A stretch of DNA of 32,000 nucleotides, taken from NCBI GenBank assembly GCA_964449865.1, contig CAYVBR010000015.1, positions 203,341-235,340 on the forward strand, written 5' to 3'. Within the stretch, counting starts at the first letter, position 1. Each line of letters opens with the position of its first letter. Positions 8,275-17,100 of the stretch are shown here, one piece after another. A program made the translations under genes and the position numbers. The DNA is from an uncultured Candidatus Nitrosotenuis sp. GTDB lineage: Archaea > Thermoproteota > Nitrososphaeria > Nitrososphaerales > Nitrosopumilaceae. Under the pieces are notes generated by a model. The model saw nothing but the letters and a program-made list of their open reading frames with translations, was not told the DNA's origin and ran no database searches.

Positions 8275-9132
8275 ATGATAGGTCAATCATCAAAACTTGG
8301 AAAATACTTGAAGTTTGTAGGATCTGGAAAGGTAAAAGATGTCTATGATTTGGAAAATGGGGAATTACAATTCAAATTCAGTGATCGGGTGTCTGCATAC
8401 GATGTAAAGTTTCATGATCCAATTCCTCTCAAAGGAGAGGTCCTGTGCAAGTTTGCGGAATTCTGGTTCAACAAATTGCCTGTGAAAAATCACTATGTCC
8501 GCACCGTCTCAAAAAACGAAATCATCGTCAAGAAAATGAGCATGATTCCAATGGAATGTGTGGTGCGGGGCTATTTCTATGGCAGCCTTATTTCCAGATG
8601 GAAAAGCGGAGAAATAAAATTGCCCTCTGGAACTGTAACCGAAGTTGCAGCCAAGCTGCCTCATCCGATATTTGATCCTACGACAAAGGCAGAGCATGAC
8701 GAGCCCGTAACAAAGGACTCGGCTGTGGCGCGAGGACTGGTGACAAAACAAGAGTTTGAATGGCTTGAGTCAAAGTCAATTGAAATCTATGATCTGATGT
8801 CAAAGATTGCGGATTCTGCTGGATTCATTCTTGCCGACTTGAAGCTAGAGTTTGGAAAGTTAAATGACGAAATACTGCTTGGCGACTCTATTGGCCCTGA
8901 TGAATACAGACTGTGGCCAAAGGACGCTTACGTGGTCGGGAAGATCCAAGAGTCATACGACAAACAAATCCTCCGCGACTGGCTTACTGCAAATGGATAT
9001 CAAAAACAATTTGAGGACTCTAGAACGGAAGGCAAGGAACCAGTGGCCCCCTCAATACCTGGCGACATCATCGCCAAAATGTCGCAGCGGTACGTAGTTT
9101 CATACGAAAATCTTACTGGCAAGGCGCTTTAA
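8275..9132 (+). CDS. purC: phosphoribosylaminoimidazole-succinocarboxamide (SAICAR) synthase PurC
   Basis: GSGKVKDVY, FSDRVSAYD, VRGYFYGS and LADLKLEFG are typical SAICAR synthetase motifs. Confidence 0.93.
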   Translation: MIGQSSKLGKYLKFVGSGKVKDVYDLENGELQFKFSDRVSAYDVKFHDPIPLKGEVLCKFAEFWFNKLPVKNHYVRTVSKNEIIVKKMSMIPMECVVRGYFYGSLISRWKSGEIKLPSGTVTEVAAKLPHPIFDPTTKAEHDEPVTKDSAVARGLVTKQEFEWLESKSIEIYDLMSKIADSAGFILADLKLEFGKLNDEILLGDSIGPDEYRLWPKDAYVVGKIQESYDKQILRDWLTANGYQKQFEDSRTEGKEPVAPSIPGDIIAKMSQRYVVSYENLTGKAL

Positions 9133-9262
9133 CTCGAATTTCAAATTCCCACTCATGTTCTAACTTTTTCAAAACCCCCTTCTGGGGAGTTTTACACCTG
9201 TTTGGCGGTAGGGGTTTCCAGATTTTCAAAAATTCATCCATTTCAAAACTTAGTTGTAGTGT

Positions 9263-9294
9263 TATCATGTTTATCGGTATGCTATCATGTTTAT
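9263..9294 (+). repeat. two identical 12-mers TATCATGTTTAT phased 20 nt apart (9263-9274, 9283-9294); a third 10/12 copy at 9434-9445 overlaps the ArsR start codon
   Basis: Direct reading of the sequence. GCTATCATGT is identical at 9281-9290 and 9432-9441. Confidence 0.7.
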
Positions 9295-9437
9295 GATACT
9301 GATACGAGATTAGTAGTAGTAAAAGGAAATTTATTGGTTTTATTACGAAATTTGTGGTAATGTAAAAAAAATAGTGCGATTAGACAAAAAAATGTGATAC
9401 GTTGATCTTTTAGCTAACCCAAATACAGAACGCTATC

Positions 9438-9959
9438 ATGTCTACATTACTTGAAAAACCAATCAAAATTAGTCGTATAATGACAATCTCTGTCGAACAC
9501 GCCCGTGCACTAGAAGACCCGGCACGAGCAAAAATTGTGGAAATCCTGTATCACAAAAGAATGACCGCTGAACAAATCACAAAGGAACTGCAGAAGACAG
9601 GGCACAACAAAGCAATCACAACAATTCGACACCACATTGACATTCTAAAAGAAGCAGGCCTGATTGAAATTGTAAAAATCGAAGAGGTGCGGGGAGCCGT
9701 TGCAAAGTTTTACGGAACATCTACCAAGTTTCTTGGGAATCATTCTTCAAAAGACTTTGACACCAAGTATTCTTCAATTATAGAAAACACATCTGCAAAA
9801 ATCGAAAAGATTCTCGAAAGCATTGCAAAAAGACCTGCACTGCAAAAAAAGACAGACAAGCAGGGTTACGGCGAATTTCTTCTGATGGAAATTGTCAACC
9901 GCGCAACAGCAAAGGCTCTGGAAACAAAAGACTACACATTACAAAAAAAGATCAAGTGA
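9438..9959 (+). CDS. ArsR-family winged-helix transcriptional regulator (173 aa)
   Basis: The N-terminal wHTH pattern ALEDPARAKIVEILYHKRMTAEQITKELQ...ITTIRHHIDILKEAGLIEIV is ArsR/SmtB-like. The C-terminal half is helical and not recognised. Confidence 0.8.
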   Translation: MSTLLEKPIKISRIMTISVEHARALEDPARAKIVEILYHKRMTAEQITKELQKTGHNKAITTIRHHIDILKEAGLIEIVKIEEVRGAVAKFYGTSTKFLGNHSSKDFDTKYSSIIENTSAKIEKILESIAKRPALQKKTDKQGYGEFLLMEIVNRATAKALETKDYTLQKKIK

Positions 9960-10368
9960 CCTCTATCACAAAGATCCCTTTTGTTTGAGGACTCTGCAGC
10001 ATCTTTATCATTTTACGAGGAATGTCGTCTGATGCCTTGTCGCAATTTATCGCCAGCGTTCTTGGGCACAAAAATTTACTTTTCCTAATCACTATGTCGT
10101 GTGGGTGCTCTAGTATCAGATCCTGATTCCCGTTTCCAACAACTTGAAAAACTTCGTCGTTTACCTGAATTGAAAGTGTGACTTTAGATCGCTCATCTCT
10201 TAGTTTTTCCTTTAGTTTTTCTGGGATGTCTTTGCAACCGCACTGTGCAGAAACTCCGACGATGCAGTCCCCCTGTATTGTTAGATCAGGCTCGGTTGTG
10301 ATCTCAATTGTTCTTGGGTGAAGTGCCCTGACATTTTCATGGCCGTAAAATGGAATCTCAAATCGCAC
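9952..10368 (-). CDS. DUF371 domain protein
   Basis: Opens with FYGHENVRALHPRTIEITTEPDLTIQGDCIVGV, which I recognise as the archaeal DUF371 signature. GTG start at 10368, exactly 29 nt from the TATA-like element. Confidence 0.7.
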   Translation of the reverse strand: MRFEIPFYGHENVRALHPRTIEITTEPDLTIQGDCIVGVSAQCGCKDIPEKLKEKLRDERSKVTLSIQVNDEVFQVVGNGNQDLILEHPHDIVIRKSKFLCPRTLAINCDKASDDIPRKMIKMLQSPQTKGIFVIEVT

Positions 10369-10387
10369 GCTGCACCCATGACTAGAC

Positions 10388-10397
10388 TTAAATTAAA
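10388..10397. promoter_or_regulatory. candidate shared bidirectional TATA (TTAAATTAAA) for DUF371(-) and psmA(+)
   Basis: Central AT-rich element. It is 29 nt from GTG 10368 and 25-33 nt from TTG 10421. Confidence 0.45.
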
Positions 10398-10408
10398 CTT
10401 TCAAAGCA

Positions 10409-11158
10409 TTGAAAACTGAATTGCTTCCTTCTCAACAAGGTTATGACAGAGCTATTACAATATTTTCTCCAGATGGAAGACTATACCAGGTAGAATATGC
10501 AATTGAAACAGTACGACGTGGGGCAATTGCAGTTGGAATCAAAAGCAAAGACGGTGTCGTAATCGCAGTTGAAGAAAAACCACGCAAATTACAAATCTCA
10601 GAATCAGCACATAAAATATTTCAAATTGATGAGCACATTGGATTTGCGGCAGCAGGATACATCCCAGATGCAAGAAGCCAAGCAGATGCAGCAAGATTCT
10701 TTTCACAAAGCAACAGAATGATCTATGACGAACCAGTTGACGTGGAAACAGTAGCAAAACATCTTGCAGACCAATGCCAGCAATACACCCAGTTTGGCGG
10801 AGCAAGACCGTTTGGCGTTGCACTAATCATTGCAGGAGTTGACTCTAACGGCAATTCCTTATTCCTGACTGATCCTAGCGGAACATACATTGCATATGAT
10901 GCAGTTGCGATTGGCGCAAATTCTGATCAGGCAAATGACTTTCTTGAAAAAAATTACAAAGCTGACATGTCACTTGACGATGCATCTGCGCTAGCCGTAT
11001 CGTGCATTTACCTTGCAAGTGACCAAAAGAGCGGAACAGATCATATCAAGATGTCAAACGTAAAGTCATCCACAAAACAGTTTGACAAGGTAACGCAAGA
11101 ACAGATTGCAAACTATGCGACAATTGCAAAACAGAAATTCCCAGTCCCGTCCTCATAA
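10409..11158 (+). CDS. psmA: proteasome subunit alpha
   Basis: GYDRAITIFSPDGRLYQVEYA plus overall alpha-subunit architecture. There is no ATG upstream of the conserved N-terminus, so the start is TTG 10409 or, better by TATA spacing, TTG 10421. Confidence 0.93.
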   Translation: MKTELLPSQQGYDRAITIFSPDGRLYQVEYAIETVRRGAIAVGIKSKDGVVIAVEEKPRKLQISESAHKIFQIDEHIGFAAAGYIPDARSQADAARFFSQSNRMIYDEPVDVETVAKHLADQCQQYTQFGGARPFGVALIIAGVDSNGNSLFLTDPSGTYIAYDAVAIGANSDQANDFLEKNYKADMSLDDASALAVSCIYLASDQKSGTDHIKMSNVKSSTKQFDKVTQEQIANYATIAKQKFPVPSS

Positions 11159-11169
11159 GTTTCTCAATA

Positions 11170-11985
11170 TTGAAAATCTCAATCGCTATTCCAGACTCTG
11201 CTCTCAAGGATGAATCAACACAACTTGACAAGTCCCGTAAGGCTTCCTTAATTGCGCGTGCATGCGCAATTTTTAGAATTGACACAATATACCTGTACGA
11301 AGAAACTGGCGGAAGCGAGGCAGACAGATTTCTTCTGTCGCTGATCCTGCGCTATCTTGAAACTCCGCAGTACTTGCGAAAGGCACTCTTTCCAAAAATA
11401 GACGAGCTCAAGTATGCCGGCATACTGCACCCGCTGCAAATTCCCCATCACTCCCTTTTGGCAAATCCAAAGTATCTCAAAGTGGGCGACATCCGAGAAG
11501 GGGTGGTACTGCATCACAAGGGAAAAAAATTCCTCGACATTGGTACGTTTGATCCTGTGGTGTATTATGGGAAGGAACACGAAAAGAAGAGAATAACAGT
11601 ACAAATCAAAACTGTAGTGCCAACAGTAACTGTCAAAGAAATTTCTGAAAACGAAGTAAAGCAGTACTGGGGATACAAAGTAAAGGAGCGATCAAACCTG
11701 CTAAAACTGCTAACAGAATGGAAGGGCGACTCTCTTCTGACATCGCGCAAAGGAAAAAATGCAACACAAAAGCACTTGGACTACTACGTTCAGTCTGAAA
11801 AGCCAATGCTTTTGGTTTTTGGAGGCCCAGATCGGGGAGTGTACGAAATGCTTGGCCAGAGGATTAACGATCTCTCAAATGCAAAGGTGCTCAACTTTTT
11901 CCCAAACCAGGCAACTGAAACCGTTAGGATGGAAGAGGCACTGATGGGCATCCTGTCGATTCTTAATTTTGCAAACTCAAATTAA
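11170..11985 (+). CDS. putative SPOUT-class RNA methyltransferase (DUF171 / SPOUT1-C9orf114 family)
   Basis: N-terminus ISIAIPDSALKDESTQLDKSRKASLIARACAIFRIDTIYLY and the C-terminal LLVFGGPDRG knot-like motif. TTG start. Confidence 0.7.
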   Translation: MKISIAIPDSALKDESTQLDKSRKASLIARACAIFRIDTIYLYEETGGSEADRFLLSLILRYLETPQYLRKALFPKIDELKYAGILHPLQIPHHSLLANPKYLKVGDIREGVVLHHKGKKFLDIGTFDPVVYYGKEHEKKRITVQIKTVVPTVTVKEISENEVKQYWGYKVKERSNLLKLLTEWKGDSLLTSRKGKNATQKHLDYYVQSEKPMLLVFGGPDRGVYEMLGQRINDLSNAKVLNFFPNQATETVRMEEALMGILSILNFANSN

Positions 11986-12008
11986 TGATCGTTTTCCAAG
12001 TGCACTAA

Positions 12009-12119
12009 ATGACAAAATCCAAAAGTTTTCTCAAGTTGGTAATTCTGGTGGGGGCTGTCGGAATCGTAATTGGCGGAATCACGTTTTATCTTTCGCTTGC
12101 AAGTATAGTAAAACCGTAA
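12009..12119 (+). CDS. candidate small membrane protein, 36 aa (MTKSKSFLKLVILVGAVGIVIGGITFYLSLASIVKP)
   Basis: My own translation; the ORF is below the track's size cutoff. It has one clear TM helix after a basic N-terminus. The TATA-like AAATTAAT sits about 27 nt upstream of the ATG. Confidence 0.45.
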   Translation: MTKSKSFLKLVILVGAVGIVIGGITFYLSLASIVKP

Positions 12120-12135
12120 CATTCGTTACCCCTAG

Positions 12136-12143
12136 ATATATAA
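12136..12143 (+). promoter_or_regulatory. candidate TATA box (ATATATAA) of the ribosomal protein operon
   Basis: Strong TATA-like element 28-35 nt upstream of rpl3 ATG 12171. Confidence 0.55.
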
Positions 12144-12170
12144 TGGGGTTAACGAGGTTTTCGATTATCC

Positions 12171-13163
12171 ATGGGCCATAAGAAATACAGTCAGCCACGT
12201 CGTGGAAGTCTTGCGTACTCACCTAGAGGACGTGCCAAAAGCATGGAGGCAAGAATTCGAAACTGGCCTGAAACAAATTCAGAACAACCAAAACTCTTAG
12301 GCTATGCAGGATTCAAAGTAGGATGCATTCAAATTGTCAGCATCGACGATAGGGAAAAAACACCAAACCATGGCAAACAACTTGTAAGCCTTGGCACTGT
12401 TGTTGCAACTCCACCAATCTCAATAATTGGAATCAGGGGCTACCGTGACGATAACGACGGTGCACACGCAATGTTTGACGTGTACAGCAGTGACATGCCA
12501 AAAGAAGTATCACGATTATTTACAGTAAAACCAAAAGAAGGCGGCCTAGAACAAGCAGAAAAAATGCTTGGCAGGGTGAGCGAATTATTTGCAGTAGTTG
12601 CGGTATTTCCAAACACTGCCGGACTGGAGCAAAAGAAACCATATGTGTTTGAGGTCGCAGTAAAAGGCGGAGACACAAAGAAACAATTTGAATTTTTGAA
12701 AAATCTTTTCGGAAAACAGGTCAAAGTAGAAGAAGTATTCGAGATTGGCACAACTGTTGACGTGGCATCCATCACGAAAGGAAAAGGCATTGAAGGCCCA
12801 ATCACCAGATGGGGTGTCAAGAAAAAGCAGCACAAGTCAAGAAAAAGCGTCAGAGCACTTGGATCACTTGGCCCAATTTCTCCAGCAAGCATCATGTACA
12901 CTGTCCCACGTGCAGGACAGCGAGGCTTCCATCAAAGAGTTGAATACAATAAAAGAATTATGATAATGAGCAACACTGACAAAAATGAATTCAAGATAAA
13001 CCCATCCGGCGGATTCAAACACTACGGCTTGGTAAATGGCGACTTTGTTGTTTTGAAAGGATCAGTTCCTGGAACATACAGGCGTCTTGTCAAGCTCAGA
13101 GCACAAATCAGAGACATTCCAACAAAGGTTCTCAAACCAAACATACTGGAGATTGTGATATGA
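12171..13163 (+). CDS. rpl3: 50S ribosomal protein L3
   Basis: GHKKYSQPRRGSLAYSPRGRA N-terminus and FHQRVEYNKRI; first gene of the conserved L3-L4-L23 cluster. Confidence 0.96.
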   Translation: MGHKKYSQPRRGSLAYSPRGRAKSMEARIRNWPETNSEQPKLLGYAGFKVGCIQIVSIDDREKTPNHGKQLVSLGTVVATPPISIIGIRGYRDDNDGAHAMFDVYSSDMPKEVSRLFTVKPKEGGLEQAEKMLGRVSELFAVVAVFPNTAGLEQKKPYVFEVAVKGGDTKKQFEFLKNLFGKQVKVEEVFEIGTTVDVASITKGKGIEGPITRWGVKKKQHKSRKSVRALGSLGPISPASIMYTVPRAGQRGFHQRVEYNKRIMIMSNTDKNEFKINPSGGFKHYGLVNGDFVVLKGSVPGTYRRLVKLRAQIRDIPTKVLKPNILEIVI

Positions 13164-13969
13164 AGGCCAAAACATTCTCGTTAACTGGAACAAAGCAGGA
13201 AGAAATTGAACTGCCCCCAGTGTTTCTGACTCCGTTTAGAAAAGACGTAATTCACAGAGCATTTGTCAATTTAGATTCTCACCACTATCAGTCTCAGGGA
13301 CGACACCCAACTGCAGGTATGGATGTCGTTGCAATGTCAAACGACCCTCCAACCGGACACGGCAAGGCAAGAATTGCAAGAATCCGAGGCGGAGGACCAA
13401 GACAAGGCGAAGGTGCAGGTGTCTCACAAACAAGAGGCGGAAGACAGGCACACCCACCAACATCTGAGAAGGTAATCTACAAAAAACTAAACAAAAAAGA
13501 AAACAGATTTGCACTGTGTTCTGCAATCGCGGCTACTGCCTCAAAGGATATCGTAGAATCAAGAGGGCACATAGTTGAGAAAGTCGAGTCATTTCCACTA
13601 ATCGTATCTGATGACATTGAAAACATCTCAAAGGCAAAAGACATGCTCAAAGTACTTGACGCATTACACCTGACTCCTGACATCAAGAGACTGGAAAGCC
13701 GCAAGGCCCGTTCTGGCAGAGCAGTCATCAGGGGAAGAAAAACAAAGGTTGGAAAAAGCATTCTCTTTGTAACCAAGGATGCAAAAAGTCTCTCAAAGGC
13801 ATGCGGCGGATTCCTGGGAGTAGACGTTGTAAACGCAAATGACCTGTCAATCCTTGACTTGGCACCTGGCTCTCAGCCAATCAGACTAACAGTATACACA
13901 AAAGCTGCAATTGCAGAAATTGCAAAGATAAAATCAACACACCTTAGACTAATGGAGGTATTGCAATGA
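13160..13969 (+). CDS. rpl4: 50S ribosomal protein L4
   Basis: Position after L3 with an ATGA overlap. The archaeal L4 pattern (IELPPVF, GRQAHPP) is present. Confidence 0.93.
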   Translation: MKAKTFSLTGTKQEEIELPPVFLTPFRKDVIHRAFVNLDSHHYQSQGRHPTAGMDVVAMSNDPPTGHGKARIARIRGGGPRQGEGAGVSQTRGGRQAHPPTSEKVIYKKLNKKENRFALCSAIAATASKDIVESRGHIVEKVESFPLIVSDDIENISKAKDMLKVLDALHLTPDIKRLESRKARSGRAVIRGRKTKVGKSILFVTKDAKSLSKACGGFLGVDVVNANDLSILDLAPGSQPIRLTVYTKAAIAEIAKIKSTHLRLMEVLQ

Positions 13970-14232
13970 ATACCATTCAAGCAACAAAAATCATCATAAG
14001 ACCACACATCACTGAAAAAACTTTTGCGCTAATTGAAAAAGACAACAGAATCTGCTTTATCGTAGATGCTGATGCAGACAAAAAGACAATCAAAGAGGCA
14101 ATCAAGATACTCTACGAAGAAGATGCACTTGATGTCAACACCGCAAAGACAATTTCTGGCAAAAAAGCATTTGTCAAATTTGAGTCAGTCGAAAAAGCAA
14201 GAGACCTTGCAACAAAGATAGGAATGCTATAA
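13966..14232 (+). CDS. rpl23: 50S ribosomal protein L23
   Basis: 88 aa with IIIRPHITEKTFALIEKDNRICFIV and KKTIKEAIKILY. Overlaps L4 by 4 nt. Confidence 0.93.
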   Translation: MNTIQATKIIIRPHITEKTFALIEKDNRICFIVDADADKKTIKEAIKILYEEDALDVNTAKTISGKKAFVKFESVEKARDLATKIGML

Positions 14233-14270
14233 TATGGACCGAAAAACTTCAATCATAAAGGTGTCAATAC

Positions 14271-14666
14271 ATGGTTAAAGAATTTGATTATAGGGGAATC
14301 CCAATAGCAGAACTACAGAACATGTCGCTTGAAAAATTATTTGAGATATTCCCGGCGCGATCCAGAAGATCACTTACCAGAGGTATCACCGACGGCAAGA
14401 GAAAGCTTATCGAGGAAATCAAACTTGACAAGGCTGGAAAGCTAAAGAACCCAATCAAGACTCACATCAGAGACTTGATAATCCTTCCATACATGGTCGG
14501 AGTTACAATTAGCGTATATTCAGGCAAGGAATTTGTCGCAGTTACAATTACCACCGCAATGATTGGACACCACATTGGGGAATATGTTAGAACTAACAAA
14601 CGAGTCGTACATGGAGCACCAGGAGTCGGAGCATCAAGATCCAGCTTGTACGTGCCATTAAAGTGA
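14271..14666 (+). CDS. rps19: 30S ribosomal protein S19
   Basis: KEFDYRGIPIAELQNMSLEKLFEIFPARSRRSLTRG and GHHIGEY. An SD-like AAGGTG sits 8 nt upstream. Confidence 0.95.
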   Translation: MVKEFDYRGIPIAELQNMSLEKLFEIFPARSRRSLTRGITDGKRKLIEEIKLDKAGKLKNPIKTHIRDLIILPYMVGVTISVYSGKEFVAVTITTAMIGHHIGEYVRTNKRVVHGAPGVGASRSSLYVPLK

Positions 14667-15130
14667 TTGACATGGGAAACTTTGATTACGCTTTCCAAAA
14701 CTTTGACGCGACAAAACACGTCCGTGCCTCAATACGTGAGAAAGACGTTTCACACAAACACGCACGCGAAGTTGCCAAGGCAATCAAGGGTCTGACAATT
14801 GAAAAGGCACGCGATTACCTGCAAGACGTAGTTGCAGCAAAACGCGCAGTTCCATTTAGAAGATACAAAAACGAGGTTGGCCACAGATCTGACCCTGGCG
14901 TAATGTCTGGCCGTTATCCGGAAAAAACCGCAAGGGAGTTTATCAAACTATTAGACAATTTGGAAGCAAATGCCGAATACAAGGGAATGGATCTTGACAG
15001 ACTCAAAATCGTCGGCGCAAACACCCACAAGGGAGTCATAGTAAAAAGATTCACACCACGTGCACAAGGCAGGGCAACTCCCAAAAACAACGTCCTAACA
15101 CATATTGAGCTGGTAGCTCAGGAAGCTTAG
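14663..15130 (+). CDS. rpl22: 50S ribosomal protein L22
   Basis: Operon position plus the archaeal L22 pattern ([25 protein letters not shown]...[10 protein letters not shown]). Confidence 0.93.
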   Translation: MIDMGNFDYAFQNFDATKHVRASIREKDVSHKHAREVAKAIKGLTIEKARDYLQDVVAAKRAVPFRRYKNEVGHRSDPGVMSGRYPEKTAREFIKLLDNLEANAEYKGMDLDRLKIVGANTHKGVIVKRFTPRAQGRATPKNNVLTHIELVAQEA

Positions 15131-15132
15131 AA

Positions 15133-15876
15133 TTGACAGCAGTAAAAAACGTCATAAAAGACAACTACAACATGATGCTACTCAAGGACTACCTTAGAGA
15201 GGCAATCAAAGAGGCGGGATTCTCGCATGTTGAAATCTCAAAGACCCCGACTGGCACAAGAGTAGTCTTACACGTGACAAGACCTGGAATTGTAATTGGA
15301 AGAAAAGGATCTGGAATCAGAGACCTGACTGAAAAACTAGAAAAAGACTTTGGACTAAAGAGCCCGCAAATTGCAGTAAACGAAATTTCTCAACCAGAAC
15401 TCACATCAAGCGTGATGTGCAACAGAGTTGCATCCCTGATTCAGCGCGGAACCGCATTTAGAAGGGCAACAATGTGGACGCTGCAGCAAATCATGAATGC
15501 CGGCGCAATGGGCGTACAAATCACGCTTTCTGGAAAATTAAGGGGCGACCGTTCAAGCTTTGAAAAACACTCTGCTGGAATACTGCCGCGCGCAGGACAC
15601 CAAGCACAGATTATAGTGGACGAGGACATTACTCACATCCCGACTGCAATGGGATACATCGGAGTGAGAATCAGAATTGCCAAAAAAGACAGATTCATCC
15701 CAGAGTTTGAGCTAAAGGGAGTAAAAGACGAAAAGACGCTTGAACAAAAACAAAAGGAAGAAGCAGACGCAGCGGCACTGCTCTTGGCAAAAACTGAAAG
15801 TGAGGCAGTAAAAATCATCGCAGAAAAAATTGAGAATCTTGATCTTATGGAAGACGTAGAGGAGAAGCTCAAATAA
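15133..15876 (+). CDS. rps3: 30S ribosomal protein S3
   Basis: KH domain with [15 protein letters not shown], and an acidic/Lys-rich C-terminal tail. A TTG start is needed to retain the conserved N-terminus. Confidence 0.94.
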   Translation: MTAVKNVIKDNYNMMLLKDYLREAIKEAGFSHVEISKTPTGTRVVLHVTRPGIVIGRKGSGIRDLTEKLEKDFGLKSPQIAVNEISQPELTSSVMCNRVASLIQRGTAFRRATMWTLQQIMNAGAMGVQITLSGKLRGDRSSFEKHSAGILPRAGHQAQIIVDEDITHIPTAMGYIGVRIRIAKKDRFIPEFELKGVKDEKTLEQKQKEEADAAALLLAKTESEAVKIIAEKIENLDLMEDVEEKLK

Positions 15877-15877
15877 A

Positions 15878-16081
15878 ATGGCCCGATTAAAGATGAAGTC
15901 AATCAGAGAGCTAAACATTCCAGACCTCAAAGGGAAACTGGAACAGTCAAGAGTTGAGCTTGCAAAAATCAGAACAGAGGCCGCAAAAGGAACTCTGAGA
16001 AAGGAAAGCGGAAAAATCCGAGCACACAGAAAAGAAATTGCAAGGATGCTCACAAGAATAAACGAGGAAAAAACAAAATGA
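15878..16081 (+). CDS. rpl29: 50S ribosomal protein L29
   Basis: 67 aa helical protein (IRELNIPDLKGKLEQSRVELAKIR) in the canonical position after S3. Confidence 0.92.
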   Translation: MARLKMKSIRELNIPDLKGKLEQSRVELAKIRTEAAKGTLRKESGKIRAHRKEIARMLTRINEEKTK

Positions 16082-16353
16082 TTACACTAGAAAATATCAC
16101 AAACCACGAACTGATTGGACTTGACACCCAGATAGTAGAGTCGACAAATAATCAAATTGTCGGATTTAGCGGCAAGGTAGTGGATGAGACAAGATCAACA
16201 TTTACCATTCAAACACAAACCGGCCTGAAAATGATTCCAAAGGAACACTCCAAGTGGAAGTTTACAATTAACGAAACCCAAAGCTGCGTAATTGACGGCT
16301 TGGAAATCTCAAAGCGACCAGAAGAACGACTAAAGGTGAAGAGAAATGGCTAA
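16078..16353 (+). CDS. rnp1: ribonuclease P protein component 1 (Rpp29/Pop4)
   Basis: The pattern ELIGLDTQIVESTNNQIVGFSGKVVDETRSTFTIQT matches archaeal Rpp29. It occupies the usual archaeal position between L29 and S17. Confidence 0.85.
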   Translation: MITLENITNHELIGLDTQIVESTNNQIVGFSGKVVDETRSTFTIQTQTGLKMIPKEHSKWKFTINETQSCVIDGLEISKRPEERLKVKRNG

Positions 16354-16657
16354 AGGACAAACAGAATCAAAACACGTGTATCACGGAATCGTCATGGACA
16401 ACGGCGATGCACTAAGTGTCAGAGGAAAACTCTTCGAAGGCAAAGTAGTCAGTGCGAAGAATAAAAATACTGTAGTTATTCAAAGAGAATCTCCATTGTA
16501 CATGTCAAAGACAAAACGATATGCAAGAAGCAAGAGCACGATTCATGCATACAAGCCGGCAAAACTTGAGATCAAAGAAGGCGACATGGTAGTTGCAGCA
16601 GAATGCAGACCAGTTGCAAAATCAGTTTCATTCGTTGTAGTGGAGGTCAAGTCCTAA
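16346..16657 (+). CDS. rps17: 30S ribosomal protein S17
   Basis: GKVVSAKNKNTVVIQRE...RYARSKSTIHAY...EGDMVVAAECRPVAKSVSFVVV. Confidence 0.93.
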   Translation: MAKGQTESKHVYHGIVMDNGDALSVRGKLFEGKVVSAKNKNTVVIQRESPLYMSKTKRYARSKSTIHAYKPAKLEIKEGDMVVAAECRPVAKSVSFVVVEVKS

Positions 16658-16658
16658 A

Positions 16659-17096
16659 ATGTCCGGCGGAAAAAGTCGTGCAGTATCTGCAAAGGGCGTA
16701 CAGGAATTCCGTCCATACGTTACTAGAGTACTTCCACTTGGCGCAAGAGTCACGTGTGCAGACAACACCGGCGCTAAGATCCTAGAGATAATCATGGTAA
16801 AGAGGGCAAAGACTAGGCACTCGCAATATCCGGCAGCGGCAGTTGGCGACTTTGTAAACGTCGTAGTCAAAAAGGGCCCAGCAGAACTAAGAAAACAAAT
16901 CTTTGGCGCAGTTATAATTAGACAAAAGTACCCAATTCGAAGACTAAATGGAATTCGCGTTTCATTTGAGGACAACGCAGCAGTGCTCGTTACTCCAGAA
17001 GGGGAAATCAAAGGGACTGACATAAAAGGACCAGTTGCAGCAGAGGCCTCTGAAAAATGGCCACGCGTTGCAAACCTGGCATCAATGGTGGTATAA
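16659..17096 (+). CDS. rpl14: 50S ribosomal protein L14
   Basis: RVTCADNTGAKILEII and NAAVLVTPEGEIKGT are typical L14 motifs. Confidence 0.95.
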   Translation: MSGGKSRAVSAKGVQEFRPYVTRVLPLGARVTCADNTGAKILEIIMVKRAKTRHSQYPAAAVGDFVNVVVKKGPAELRKQIFGAVIIRQKYPIRRLNGIRVSFEDNAAVLVTPEGEIKGTDIKGPVAAEASEKWPRVANLASMVV

Positions 17097-17100
17097 CAAA

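Noticed and set aside
9133-9437. Known structured RNA (5S, SRP RNA, RNase P RNA) hidden in the long gaps at 9133-9437, 21148-21594 and 22777-23113
   Set aside because: I could not find the conserved cores I know for these RNAs, such as the GGAAAGUCCGGGC-like RNase P motif, the SRP helix-8 GGAA loop context, or 5S loop signatures. The regions are too AT-rich overall, and only a covariance-model scan could settle this.
11969-12181. 70-aa ORF spanning the gap before rpl3
   Set aside because: It runs through the rpl3 TATA box and start and has odd composition (GGGCRNRNWRN). The 36-aa TM ORF in another frame, together with the promoter, explains the gap better.
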